Assembly (NCBI GenBank): GCA_964595465.1
Contig: CAZQQI010000005.1
Span: forward strand, 9,562-73,561
Reading direction: 5' to 3'
DNA: 64,000 bases
Origin: an uncultured Planctomycetales bacterium
GTDB taxonomy: Bacteria; Omnitrophota; Gorgyraeia; Zapsychrales; JANLHA01
Below are positions 56,246-64,000 of this stretch, one piece after another. Under the pieces are notes generated by a model, which saw nothing but the letters and a program-made list of their open reading frames with translations, did not search any database and had not been told where the DNA came from. Positions within the stretch are counted from its first letter, which is position 1. Each line of letters begins with the position of its first letter. The position numbers and the translations under genes were made by a program.

Positions 56246-57193
56246 GTGGGGAATCAGCGAATTGGTGTTCTTATGGGAGGGTGCTCTTCCGAACGGGAGA
56301 TCTCGTTAAAGTCAGGACAGGCGGTGGCCTCGGCGCTGTGTTCTGCGGGATATCAGGTTGAGCCTTTGGTATTAGAATCTGAAGACGGCGCCGTAAATCA
56401 GAAGTTTATATCTGCGGCAGCTGTTGATGCTGTGTTTATCGCCCTTCACGGCCGGTATGGGGAAGACGGCGGGATTCAGCAGGTCTTGACTGAAATGGAT
56501 CTGCCCTATACGGGAAGCGACGCCGCCGCCAGCCGGCTGGCAATGGATAAAGTCGGAACTCAGGGCTGTCTGCAGGAAGCGGGATTGCCGGTGCCGGCCT
56601 ATGACATTGTGAACCGGACTGGACCTGAAAAGGCCGTGGAGATCTTCCGCCGTCTGGGCGGCAGGGTGGTCGTCAAGCCTCCGGCTGAAGGGTCCAGTAT
56701 CGGTGTGCATAGCGTCAGCAATACCGCAGACCTCAGCCGGGCCGTGACTGATGCATTGCAGTACGGCAGCCGGGTACTGATCGAAAAATTCATTGCCGGC
56801 AGGGAATTGACCGTCGGGATCCTTGATGACCGTGCTTTGCCGGTCATCGAGATCTGTCCCCGGGGAGGGTTTTTTGATTTTCGCAGTAAATATCAGAAAG
56901 GCTGCACAGAATATCATGTGCCGGCCGATTTGCCTGAAGAGACTGCTGGCCGGGCGCGCGATGCCGCGCTGACTGCCTTTCAGGTGCTGGGCTGCCGGGA
57001 CATGGCCCGTGTCGATATGATGCTTGACCAGCAGGATAATCTTTATCTTTTGGAAGTGAATACCATTCCCGGGTTTACGGAAACCAGCCTTTTGCCCATG
57101 GCAGCTGCGGAGGCGGGAATCGGGTTTCCGCGGTTATGTTCAGACCTCATCGCAAGTGCATTGCAGAGACAAAAATCAGAGAGAGGAGATTGA
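56246..57193 (+). CDS. ddl: D-alanine--D-alanine ligase
   Basis: The ATP-grasp motifs ...GVLMGGCSSEREISL... and ...EVNTIPGFT... are present. Confidence 0.9.
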   Translation: MGNQRIGVLMGGCSSEREISLKSGQAVASALCSAGYQVEPLVLESEDGAVNQKFISAAAVDAVFIALHGRYGEDGGIQQVLTEMDLPYTGSDAAASRLAMDKVGTQGCLQEAGLPVPAYDIVNRTGPEKAVEIFRRLGGRVVVKPPAEGSSIGVHSVSNTADLSRAVTDALQYGSRVLIEKFIAGRELTVGILDDRALPVIEICPRGGFFDFRSKYQKGCTEYHVPADLPEETAGRARDAALTAFQVLGCRDMARVDMMLDQQDNLYLLEVNTIPGFTETSLLPMAAAEAGIGFPRLCSDLIASALQRQKSERGD

Positions 57194-57196
57194 GGT

Positions 57197-57952
57197 ATGG
57201 CAAGGAGGAAGAAGAAAAATGCCAAACTTGTAAAGGGGCTGAAATTCTTTATTATCGGCGTGTTTATTCTTTTCGCCGCCTATATGGGTGTCCGCCTGGT
57301 TTTGAAATTTTTCCGCACATCGTCGTTGTTTCAGGTTGAAGAGATCGTTCGGGAACCTGACCTGCAGTTCGTTCAGTCTTCGTATCTGGACCGTCTGGCA
57401 GGACGGAATATCTTTTCGGTGAATTTGTCCCGGGTGCAGAAACGGGTTCAGCAGCAGTACCCCCAGGTTCATGAATTGAGGGTGATCCGCCGTCTGCCGG
57501 ACAGGATCGCGGTCACCGCGGAAAAGAGAGAGCCGTTTGTTCTAGCCGTACTGACCGACGGCGATGCCATATTGGACCGCGAAGGGGTGCTTCTGGGAGA
57601 GGCGTCCGCGTTTGATCTGGATACCCCGCGCATTTTAGGGGTTGCCGACGCGGGGCGTATGAGCGTGGGGAAAAGCCTGGCCAGCAGGCAGGTCTCGGCG
57701 GGGATGAAAATTTTGCGGGCTTTTGACTCTGATGCGTATCTTTCTGCGGACCGCATCCGGTTTGTCGATGTTTCGAACTTATCCAAGATCCAGGTTCGCC
57801 TTGAGACCGGCGGAGATGTTTACCTTGACCAGTATAAGATCCCGCATAAAGTTAATGTTTTGGGTCTGCTGGTCTCTCAGGCCGTTGTTGACCTGGGTGC
57901 TGTGGAGTATGTGGATTTGAGATTTAAAGAACCCGTTATCCGGAAGCGCTGA
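57197..57952 (+). CDS. ftsQ: Cell division protein FtsQ/DivIB
   Basis: A single N-terminal TM plus a POTRA-containing periplasmic domain, at the position between ddl and ftsA. Confidence 0.75.
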   Translation: MARRKKKNAKLVKGLKFFIIGVFILFAAYMGVRLVLKFFRTSSLFQVEEIVREPDLQFVQSSYLDRLAGRNIFSVNLSRVQKRVQQQYPQVHELRVIRRLPDRIAVTAEKREPFVLAVLTDGDAILDREGVLLGEASAFDLDTPRILGVADAGRMSVGKSLASRQVSAGMKILRAFDSDAYLSADRIRFVDVSNLSKIQVRLETGGDVYLDQYKIPHKVNVLGLLVSQAVVDLGAVEYVDLRFKEPVIRKR

Positions 57953-59187
57953 TGTTTAGACGGATTATTGGAGAAAAATATTTCTGCGGCCTGGATGTCG
58001 GCTCACGGACGATTAAAGCAAGTCTGATGGAGGCGCGGGAATCCCGTCAGCTGGCTGTTGTTGGGATATTTGAAACCCGTACAGCAGGGTTTAATGGTTC
58101 GTCGGTTACAGATCTCGGAGACTTCGCCCGCTCGGTCAATGATGCTGTCTCAGGGCTGAGCAAAAAAAGCCGGGTCAAGATCTCTCAGGTCTATCTCGGT
58201 ATAGGCGGGGAACTGGTACAGCGCCGGATTGGGAAGGCGGTCATCCCCTTGTTGGACCGTGGCAGTAAGGTCATTGCCCGGCGGGATGCCGAGCGGATCC
58301 GCAAACAGGCCCGTCTCCTGGGGGTAAAGGTTGAAGAGGTCGTGATCCAGGATTTCCCCCAGGTCTATCGTGTCGATGATGTCAATATCGCGCAGAATCC
58401 TGTTGGTCTGTACGGACGCAAACTGGAAGTTGAGACCTTTTTACTGACAGTGAATAATACGGTTTTAAAGAACATGACCAAAGCCGTGAACCGGGCTGGC
58501 TATGATGTGGCCGATGTCTTTTCTACCGCGTTCTCGACAGCCGGGATGGCTTGTGGGGAATATGATCAACGGCAGGGCTGTGTTCTGATCGATATGGGTT
58601 CGGCGGTGACCGAGGTGCTGATCTTTAAAGGCGCGCAGCTCCGGGGTTACGAACAGCTGCCTTTCGGCGGCGCCCATTTTACCAGGGTAATCAGCGATGC
58701 GCTGAATGTGTCCCTGGATCTGGCAGAGGAGATCAAAGAGGCCTATGCGTCATTAGACCCCGGCGCTTATCGCGATAATGAAGAGATCCTGATCAAGCGT
58801 GAAGACGGCTATCTTCCTGTCCGGAAATCCTTGATTATCGAGTCGATCTCACCGCTGGCGGCAGCCTTGTGCAACGAAGTCCGTGATGTCCTGCACCGCT
58901 CCGGTCTGCGTGAGCACCTAAATGCTGGTGTTTTTCTCACGGGCGGAGGGGCGCTGATGTCCGGGTTGGCTGAGCGGATCGAAGAGGCGGCAGGGCTGAA
59001 CACCCGGACAGCTCAGCCTCAGATCGCGGTCAAACACCTTCCCAACGCGCCGAAATTTTTGCCCGCTCTTGGTTTAGCGCGCACCGGTTTTAATCATAGT
59101 GCCGGGGTTGGACGGATGAAGAGCGGGGGCAGTGTTTACCGCCGCGGATTGGAGAAAATAAAGGAGCTTTATCAGGAGTATTTTTGA
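57952..59187 (+). CDS. ftsA: Cell division protein FtsA
   Basis: Actin-like ATPase with SHS2 insert (...GLDVGSRTIKA..., ...GGGA...). It is the last dcw gene here, and no ftsZ follows. Confidence 0.9.
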   Translation: MFRRIIGEKYFCGLDVGSRTIKASLMEARESRQLAVVGIFETRTAGFNGSSVTDLGDFARSVNDAVSGLSKKSRVKISQVYLGIGGELVQRRIGKAVIPLLDRGSKVIARRDAERIRKQARLLGVKVEEVVIQDFPQVYRVDDVNIAQNPVGLYGRKLEVETFLLTVNNTVLKNMTKAVNRAGYDVADVFSTAFSTAGMACGEYDQRQGCVLIDMGSAVTEVLIFKGAQLRGYEQLPFGGAHFTRVISDALNVSLDLAEEIKEAYASLDPGAYRDNEEILIKREDGYLPVRKSLIIESISPLAAALCNEVRDVLHRSGLREHLNAGVFLTGGGALMSGLAERIEEAAGLNTRTAQPQIAVKHLPNAPKFLPALGLARTGFNHSAGVGRMKSGGSVYRRGLEKIKELYQEYF

Positions 59188-59206
59188 TCGGGGGAAAGGC
59201 ATCGTC

Positions 59207-59554
59207 TTAACGGCGGTTCTGGCTGTTGCGCAGGGTCGCGTAATGGATGTCTTTGAGGATGTAGCGGATGCGGTTCATGGTATTGAACATGAACAGCATC
59301 CAGAAAGAATTCAGCAGCATCAGAAAAATAATCACGAGTAGAGATACGGAGTTCTGATGCAGGATATGCTGGATCAGGCTGTCCGGCGCCAGCTGTGAGC
59401 CCAGATCGATCGTGTTGATCGCGTTAACGAAAAGCACAAAAAAGACCACGATCAAAACCACCTGGAAAAAGAAAAAGTAGAAATGCCGCATCATCCAGCG
59501 GGCGCAGCGGTTATCCCACCGGCGGATCGTATTCATCACATCATCAAATCTCAT
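59207..59554 (-). CDS. Small membrane protein of unknown function, convergent with ftsA
   Basis: 115 aa with two strongly hydrophobic segments (FYFFFFQVVLIVVFFVLFV and LLVIIFLMLLNSFWMLFMF). Local GC is lower than in the flanks. No family was recognised. Confidence 0.4.
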   Translation of the reverse strand: MRFDDVMNTIRRWDNRCARWMMRHFYFFFFQVVLIVVFFVLFVNAINTIDLGSQLAPDSLIQHILHQNSVSLLVIIFLMLLNSFWMLFMFNTMNRIRYILKDIHYATLRNSQNRR

Positions 59555-59571
59555 TCTGTCTCCAGTCTTTC

Positions 59572-59600
59572 TTCAAAGTTTCTTGACAGTATACTATAAT
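59572..59600 (+). promoter_or_regulatory. Candidate promoter TTCAAA-17-TATAAT for the MORN-repeat gene, with an overlapping TTGACA
   Basis: TTCAAA at 59572-59577 and TATAAT at 59595-59600 are read directly. A TTGACA at 59583 is too close to that -10 to be the -35 element. Confidence 0.35.
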
Positions 59601-59708
59601 CCTTTTTTCGTTTATGCAATACTTTTTATGTTCGTTTATGAGCGGTTTGCTAAAAGCTGTTTTCATCGGGTATACTTTCCTCGTAAGGTGGTCAGAACGG
59701 AGGAAATC

Positions 59709-60188
59709 ATGAAGAAGAGTGTCTTGTTGTGTTCATTATATCTGATCTGCTTTTTGGTTCTGCCGGTTTCCGTCCGGGCCTACGGTGTCGTCGGTGAGGG
59801 GTTTTGTGAAGTGTACGTTCAGCAGGACGGGCTTTATATGGCGGCTCTGGAACAAACCGTGGGAACAGAGCGGGATGGTCTCTCAGCGTATTTTTATCAG
59901 GACGGTGACGTCCGTCAAGTCAGTCAATTCTCCCGCGGTGTGAGGCACGGGCTCAAGCGCCGCTTTTGGAAAAACGGAGAACTTCGCCAGGCTGTTTCTT
60001 ATCAGGACGGGCTTCTCCATGGCGCCATGATCGCGTTTTCCCGTTCAGGAGATATCCTTTCCTTTATTCCTTACCGGCAGGGCCGCCCTCATGGAGTTGC
60101 CCGGTTTTTCAGCGAAGACCTCCTCCGGAGTTATCAAACTCGTTTTGAAAACGGTGTGCCGTCCGCCAGCGATATTCATCAGAAGTAA
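59709..60188 (+). CDS. Secreted MORN-variant repeat protein (YwqK-like family)
   Basis: A signal peptide MKKSVLLCSLYLICFLVLPVSVRA is followed by repeats of the YxxG......G pattern (YFYQDGDVRQVSQFSRGVRHGLKRRFWKNGELRQAVSYQDGLLHG). The start is ATG 59709 with a GGAGGAAA SD. Confidence 0.6.
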   Translation: MKKSVLLCSLYLICFLVLPVSVRAYGVVGEGFCEVYVQQDGLYMAALEQTVGTERDGLSAYFYQDGDVRQVSQFSRGVRHGLKRRFWKNGELRQAVSYQDGLLHGAMIAFSRSGDILSFIPYRQGRPHGVARFFSEDLLRSYQTRFENGVPSASDIHQK

Positions 60189-60283
60189 AGATCTTCCTCA
60201 AAACTCTCCATTCACAAATTCCTGTTCTCTGCTACAATAATACCGCACGTCATGGATTGGTTTATTATCAGAGGAGGGGGAAA

Positions 60284-61030
60284 GTGTTCTGCCACGCGCA
60301 TGAAAAACGTTTGGCTTCGGCGCAATGCACTCTCTGCGGTAAGGCATTATGTCCGGATTGCGAAAATATCGTCAGGGGTGAAGTGCTGTGTGATTCCTGT
60401 GTCGTTCCCGACCGTTCCCCGTCCCGCAAGGGCCGCGTTCTCAAACGGAATCCTTTCTTAGCTGCGCTTTTAAGTATCATTCCCGGGCTGGGACAGGTTT
60501 ACAATGGGGAGCCGTTCAAGGCCCTGTTCATTTTTATTACCTGCTGGATGATCGTGCCCTGGTTTTATGGAATGTACGATGCCTATGCTTCGGCCTGCCG
60601 GATCAATGAAGGGCGTATTGATGCAGAACCACGCCCGACGCTGTTGGCAGGATGCCTGCTGGTTATTATTTTGATGGCCGGCATTTGGCTGGGTGCCGGG
60701 ATGACAGCGAAACAGTTGATCTATGACCATTTTTTGATTCCCCGGGCCAAAGCGGAAGAGCAGGCGGCGCAGGAGATCCTTTTGCGTATCGGCAAGGCGC
60801 TTCAGCTGTACCGTTCGCAGTACGGGCAGTATCCTGATGATATCAAGCATCTTTATTTTGCCGATCCTCCGTATTTAAAAAAATTGTACTGCGGACAGTC
60901 ATACGGGGCGTACGGTTTCGTCTGCAATCTTTCTGAAGGCGGATATGAATTGCGGGCGATACCGGATATCTCACAGCTGAACGCGTTTGCTTTGAATAAT
61001 GATGGGGAATTGCTGGTCTATGAACCGTGA
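60284..61030 (+). CDS. Membrane protein with N-terminal zinc-ribbon (2x CxxC), two TM helices and a C-terminal GspG-type pseudopilin-like domain; GTG start
   Basis: C-x2-C...C-x2-C...C-x2-C are present in the first 40 aa. The C-terminal segment RAKAEEQAAQEILLRIGKALQLYRSQYGQYPDD matches the T2SS GspG / type IV pilin-like motif (compare PulG KEKADRQKVVSDLVALEGALDMYKLDNSRYPTTEQ). There is no prepilin leader (no G/FTLIE). An SD AGGAGGGGG lies 4 nt before GTG 60284. Confidence 0.5.
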   Translation: MFCHAHEKRLASAQCTLCGKALCPDCENIVRGEVLCDSCVVPDRSPSRKGRVLKRNPFLAALLSIIPGLGQVYNGEPFKALFIFITCWMIVPWFYGMYDAYASACRINEGRIDAEPRPTLLAGCLLVIILMAGIWLGAGMTAKQLIYDHFLIPRAKAEEQAAQEILLRIGKALQLYRSQYGQYPDDIKHLYFADPPYLKKLYCGQSYGAYGFVCNLSEGGYELRAIPDISQLNAFALNNDGELLVYEP

Positions 61031-61112
61031 TCTGATGATATGTGTGTGCGGGGTAAAGAGGGTGGAAAAGACTGTACGATTATGAATTTATATGAGATGT
61101 AAGGAGATGATG

Positions 61113-61583
61113 ATGTTATTATATCTTATCCGGCATGGAGAATATATGCCCGCGTCCGTCGACCATCGTGAGCCGCTGAGTCCCCAGGGACGTAAAGATA
61201 TTCATGCTGTCGCCCGGCTGATCGGTGAGAGTGGTCCCGAGGCTGCGCAGGCTGTTTGGCATAGTCCCAAAAACCGCGCCCTGCAGTCTGCGAAGATCAT
61301 TCAGGATGTCCTCTTGACTCCCGGAGGTATTCAGGCGCGTGATGATGTCTCCCCGAATGCGGATCCTCAGGCCTGTATCAAAGCGATAGACCGCAGTCGG
61401 CAAACTTTGATCATTGTCAGTCATTTACCCTTCATTCCTCAGCTTTTGTGGCAGCTGATGCCGGATGATGTTCATGAGGGAGGCTTCCGTTTTCCTGCCG
61501 GCTCTCTGGCGGTTGTTCGGTGTGACGGCGACGGGAAGTGGCGGCTGGAAGAAATCCTGACACCGGAAACTTATCGAGTATAA
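61113..61583 (+). CDS. sixA: Phosphohistidine phosphatase SixA (histidine phosphatase superfamily)
   Basis: The RHG motif LYLIRHGE is at the N-terminus and the protein is about 157 aa. The start is chosen at the third ATG, 6 nt after the AAGGAG SD (alternatives are 61107 and 61110). Confidence 0.7.
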   Translation: MLLYLIRHGEYMPASVDHREPLSPQGRKDIHAVARLIGESGPEAAQAVWHSPKNRALQSAKIIQDVLLTPGGIQARDDVSPNADPQACIKAIDRSRQTLIIVSHLPFIPQLLWQLMPDDVHEGGFRFPAGSLAVVRCDGDGKWRLEEILTPETYRV

Positions 61584-62923
61584 TGGCAGAGAATTCCCAA
61601 GGCGTTTTATCTGTTTCGCAATTCAACGATCTCGTCAAGCAGGTTCTGCGTGCCGGTTTTCCCGGCGCGGTCTGGATCTGCGGAGAACTGCAGGGCTTTG
61701 ACCGCTCCCGCCATAAGCGTCATGTTTTTTTTGATCTATGCGAGAAAGATCCCGATACCCGGGATATTACGGCGCGGATAGGGGCGGTGATCTTTCAGAA
61801 CCGCCGCCCGGTTATTGAGAAGATCCTGCATGACAGCGGTGACCCGTTCGAACTCAAGGACGGACTGGAAGTCAAGTTTCTTTGCCGGGTCGATTTTTAC
61901 GGCCCTCACGGAGCCCTGCGCCTGGTGGTCGAGAAGATCGATCCGGTCCACACCCTCGGGCGTATCGCTCAGGAAAAACAGCGCCTGGTCGCGCAATTAA
62001 AGCAGGAGGGCCTGCTGGAAAAGAACAAGGCGTGTTCATTGAGTCAGCTGCCTTTGCGTATTGGATTGATCACATCTGTGGGGTCGGCTGCCTATAATGA
62101 TTTTCTGGAAGAACTTCGCTCTGCGGAAATCTCGTTTCAGGTTTTTGTGCATAACGCTCTCATGCAGGGCCGGGGGGCGGAGGCCGGTGTCTGCCGTGCC
62201 CTGGGTGCCCTCAGGGATATTGACGGTCTGGATGCCGTGGTTATCACCCGCGGGGGAGGCTCTATTGCCGATTTGGGCTGCTTTGATTCCCGCTGTATCG
62301 CTGAAGCCATCGCCCAGTATCCTCTTCCGGTTTTGAGCGGTATCGGTCATGAGATCGATCTGACAGTGACCGATCTGGCTGCCTATACTTATCAGAAAAC
62401 TCCGACCGCGATCGCTGCCTTACTGGTCCGGCGGGTTCTGGAGAGCCGGCAGGCTATGGACGAAGTCTCTGAGCTGATGGCCCGTTCCGCAAGAGACTTT
62501 GTGATCTATCGTCAGGAACGGTTGAAGACAGCGGCCCTGGAATTTCGTGATCTGGTCCGCGGGTTCCTGACGTCACATGAACATGACGTGCTCAGGTGTG
62601 CCGAACGGCTGAAATATGACCCTTCGCGCCAGCTGGAACAGGCCGGCAGGGATATCGGTGAACGCGGTGACTATCTGGTTGAACAGAGCCGGGAGTTTCT
62701 GGCAAGGCGGCTGAGGGAAGCCGGCCATGTTGAAGACCTGATCAAGGTCGCTGATCCCCGCAGGACCCTTCAAAGAGGGTTCAGCCTGACCCGCGATAAT
62801 ACCGGCCGGCTTATCAGATCGGTAGAAGATGTTTCCCGGGGTGCTGAACTCCGCACTGAATTGGCGGACGGGCAGGTGATCTCGGAAGTGACGGATAGAG
62901 AGGAAAGGAGCAGTAATGGCTGA
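61583..62923 (+). CDS. xseA: Exodeoxyribonuclease VII large subunit
   Basis: An OB fold is followed by the catalytic domain (...RGGGS.EDL..F...) and a coiled-coil C-terminus. The start is set at ATG 61583 (MAENSQGVLSVSQFNDLVK...), overlapping the sixA stop in a TAATG arrangement. Confidence 0.85.
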   Translation: MAENSQGVLSVSQFNDLVKQVLRAGFPGAVWICGELQGFDRSRHKRHVFFDLCEKDPDTRDITARIGAVIFQNRRPVIEKILHDSGDPFELKDGLEVKFLCRVDFYGPHGALRLVVEKIDPVHTLGRIAQEKQRLVAQLKQEGLLEKNKACSLSQLPLRIGLITSVGSAAYNDFLEELRSAEISFQVFVHNALMQGRGAEAGVCRALGALRDIDGLDAVVITRGGGSIADLGCFDSRCIAEAIAQYPLPVLSGIGHEIDLTVTDLAAYTYQKTPTAIAALLVRRVLESRQAMDEVSELMARSARDFVIYRQERLKTAALEFRDLVRGFLTSHEHDVLRCAERLKYDPSRQLEQAGRDIGERGDYLVEQSREFLARRLREAGHVEDLIKVADPRRTLQRGFSLTRDNTGRLIRSVEDVSRGAELRTELADGQVISEVTDREERSSNG

Positions 62924-63128
62924 AAAGTCTTATGCCCGGGCGATGGCCCGTTTGCAGGAAATCATCGCGGATATTGAACGCGAAGAGATCGATGTCGATG
63001 AATTAGGCCGCAGGGTGAAAGAGGCGGCTGGTCTGGTGCGGACCTGCCGCGATAAGATCCGCAAAGCTGACCTGGAAGTCCGCAATGTGGTGGATGAGTT
63101 AAGCCGGCTTGATTCCGAACAAGGATGA
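62916..63128 (+). CDS. xseB: Exodeoxyribonuclease VII small subunit
   Basis: A 70-aa helical protein whose gene overlaps xseA by 8 nt. Confidence 0.85.
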   Translation: MAEKSYARAMARLQEIIADIEREEIDVDELGRRVKEAAGLVRTCRDKIRKADLEVRNVVDELSRLDSEQG

Positions 63129-63186
63129 CCGTGTTTTATGGTTTCCTGCCTGAGGGTGTGGTATACTTTCAGGGGAGAAGGAGATC

Positions 63187-63555
63187 ATGCCGAAAAAGAT
63201 CCTGATTATCGACGATGACCCTGTTTTGGTCCGTTGTTTGGAAGAGCAATTGACCAGACAGGGCTATTCTGTGGTGGTGGCCTATGACGGCATGTCCGGC
63301 CTGCAGAAAGCCCGGGAGGAACTGCCGGATCTGATCACTCTGGATGTCATGATGCCGGTCCTCAACGGATATTCCGTGTGCGCCTTTCTCAAACTTGACA
63401 GTGAGATGAGCGCTATTCCGGTTCTCATGATCACCGCCCGCTGTGAAGAGAATGACGATAATTTCCAGGATGATGTCGCTCCTCAGGCCTATCTGACCAA
63501 GCCTTTTAAAATAGAGGATGTCCTTCAGCATGTTTCGACTCTGATCGGAGTTTGA
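63187..63555 (+). CDS. Stand-alone response-regulator receiver domain protein
   Basis: The REC motifs ILIIDDD, ...LITLDVMMP... and ...LTKP are present. The protein is 122 aa with no output domain. Confidence 0.8.
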   Translation: MPKKILIIDDDPVLVRCLEEQLTRQGYSVVVAYDGMSGLQKAREELPDLITLDVMMPVLNGYSVCAFLKLDSEMSAIPVLMITARCEENDDNFQDDVAPQAYLTKPFKIEDVLQHVSTLIGV

Positions 63556-63583
63556 AGACAGCTGAATATCCCCGCCTTTTTGT

Positions 63584-63612
63584 TTGACTTTGACCTGCCT
63601 TTTCGCTATGTT
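63584..63612 (+). promoter_or_regulatory. Candidate promoter TTGACT-17-TATGTT for the last gene
   Basis: The promoter elements are read directly. Confidence 0.3.
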
Positions 63613-63657
63613 AATGAACATATTGCAACGCATACCTTAAATCCGCAGAAATTACTA

Positions 63658-64000
63658 TGAAACAGATAACTGTCCTGCTTGTTTTTTTGGCCGCGGCGCT
63701 GGCCCTGTATGTCTTCGCGCTTCCCGGGGAATTCGTGTTTGATGATTATAAGGTCCTGGTGCAGAACCAGTTTATCCGCACTGTTTTTCCGTTGTCGTTT
63801 TTATGGAAATTCGATCCCACCCGGTTCTTGACCAATCTGACTTTTGCCGTGAACTACCAGGTGTCCGGATTAGCCCCTTGGGTTTTCCGTCTGATCAATG
63901 TCATCCTTCACGCTTTAAGCGCTTATGTTTTCTTTGCCGTCTGCCGTAGATTCCTCGCCCGGAAGCTGGTCGCGGACGAGCGGAAACGTCTTTGGCTTCC
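63658..64000 (+). CDS. N-terminal fragment of a polytopic membrane protein, possibly TMTC/PMT-like (DUF1736) TPR glycosyltransferase-like protein; it continues beyond the window
   Basis: The reading frame is open to the window end. A TM start is followed by ...FVFDDYKVLVQNQFI..., which resembles the N-terminus of DUF1736/TMTC-family proteins. It is absent from the ORF track because it has no stop. Confidence 0.4.

Overview
This is a 64-kb chromosomal segment from a high-GC (roughly 58%) diderm bacterium. It is almost entirely housekeeping, with about 70 genes and 61 of them on the + strand. Left to right: the 3' end of dnaB; an outer-membrane and lipid A block (bamA-skp-lpxD-lpxC-fabZ-lpxA-lpxI); rpsO-pnp; ftsK-rodZ-rimO-pgsA-pgpA; a complete riboflavin operon (ribBA-ribH-nusB-PHP-ribD-ribE) behind a textbook FMN riboswitch; an odd fatty-acid-like operon (catalytically dead KS homologue, fabG, a second fabZ, HI0933 flavoprotein); PilZ, Na/Pi cotransporter, receiver, nitroreductase and alternative-oxidase-like genes; a convergent ECF sigma plus zinc anti-sigma pair; tRNA-Pro(CGG) with its own consensus promoter; AIM24, acyP, ligA, xerD, cca-like, rbfA-nrnA, truB and ribF; a full dcw cluster (mraZ-rsmH-ftsL-ftsI-murE-murF-mraY-murD-ftsW-murG-X-murC-ddl-ftsQ-ftsA) that carries an inserted HExxH metalloprotease-like gene and has no ftsZ after ftsA; then small membrane/secreted proteins, sixA and xseAB. 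I found no rRNA, CRISPR array, transposase or prophage genes. The most unusual non-housekeeping signals are: (1) a ~110-nt element present twice in the same orientation, with a conserved core and compensatory changes in its terminal stem, which is the best candidate for something undescribed (probably a structured-RNA or REP/ERIC-like family); (2) a 179-bp intergenic element bounded by 28-bp imperfect inverted repeats with nested hairpins; (3) a 630-bp low-GC spacer before tRNA-Pro carrying a Cys-rich 27-aa mini-ORF with a strong SD followed by attenuator-like alternative hairpins; (4) the degenerate-KS operon; (5) a PHP phosphatase inside the riboswitch-controlled rib operon. All homology calls rest on motifs I recognised by eye; no database search was run.
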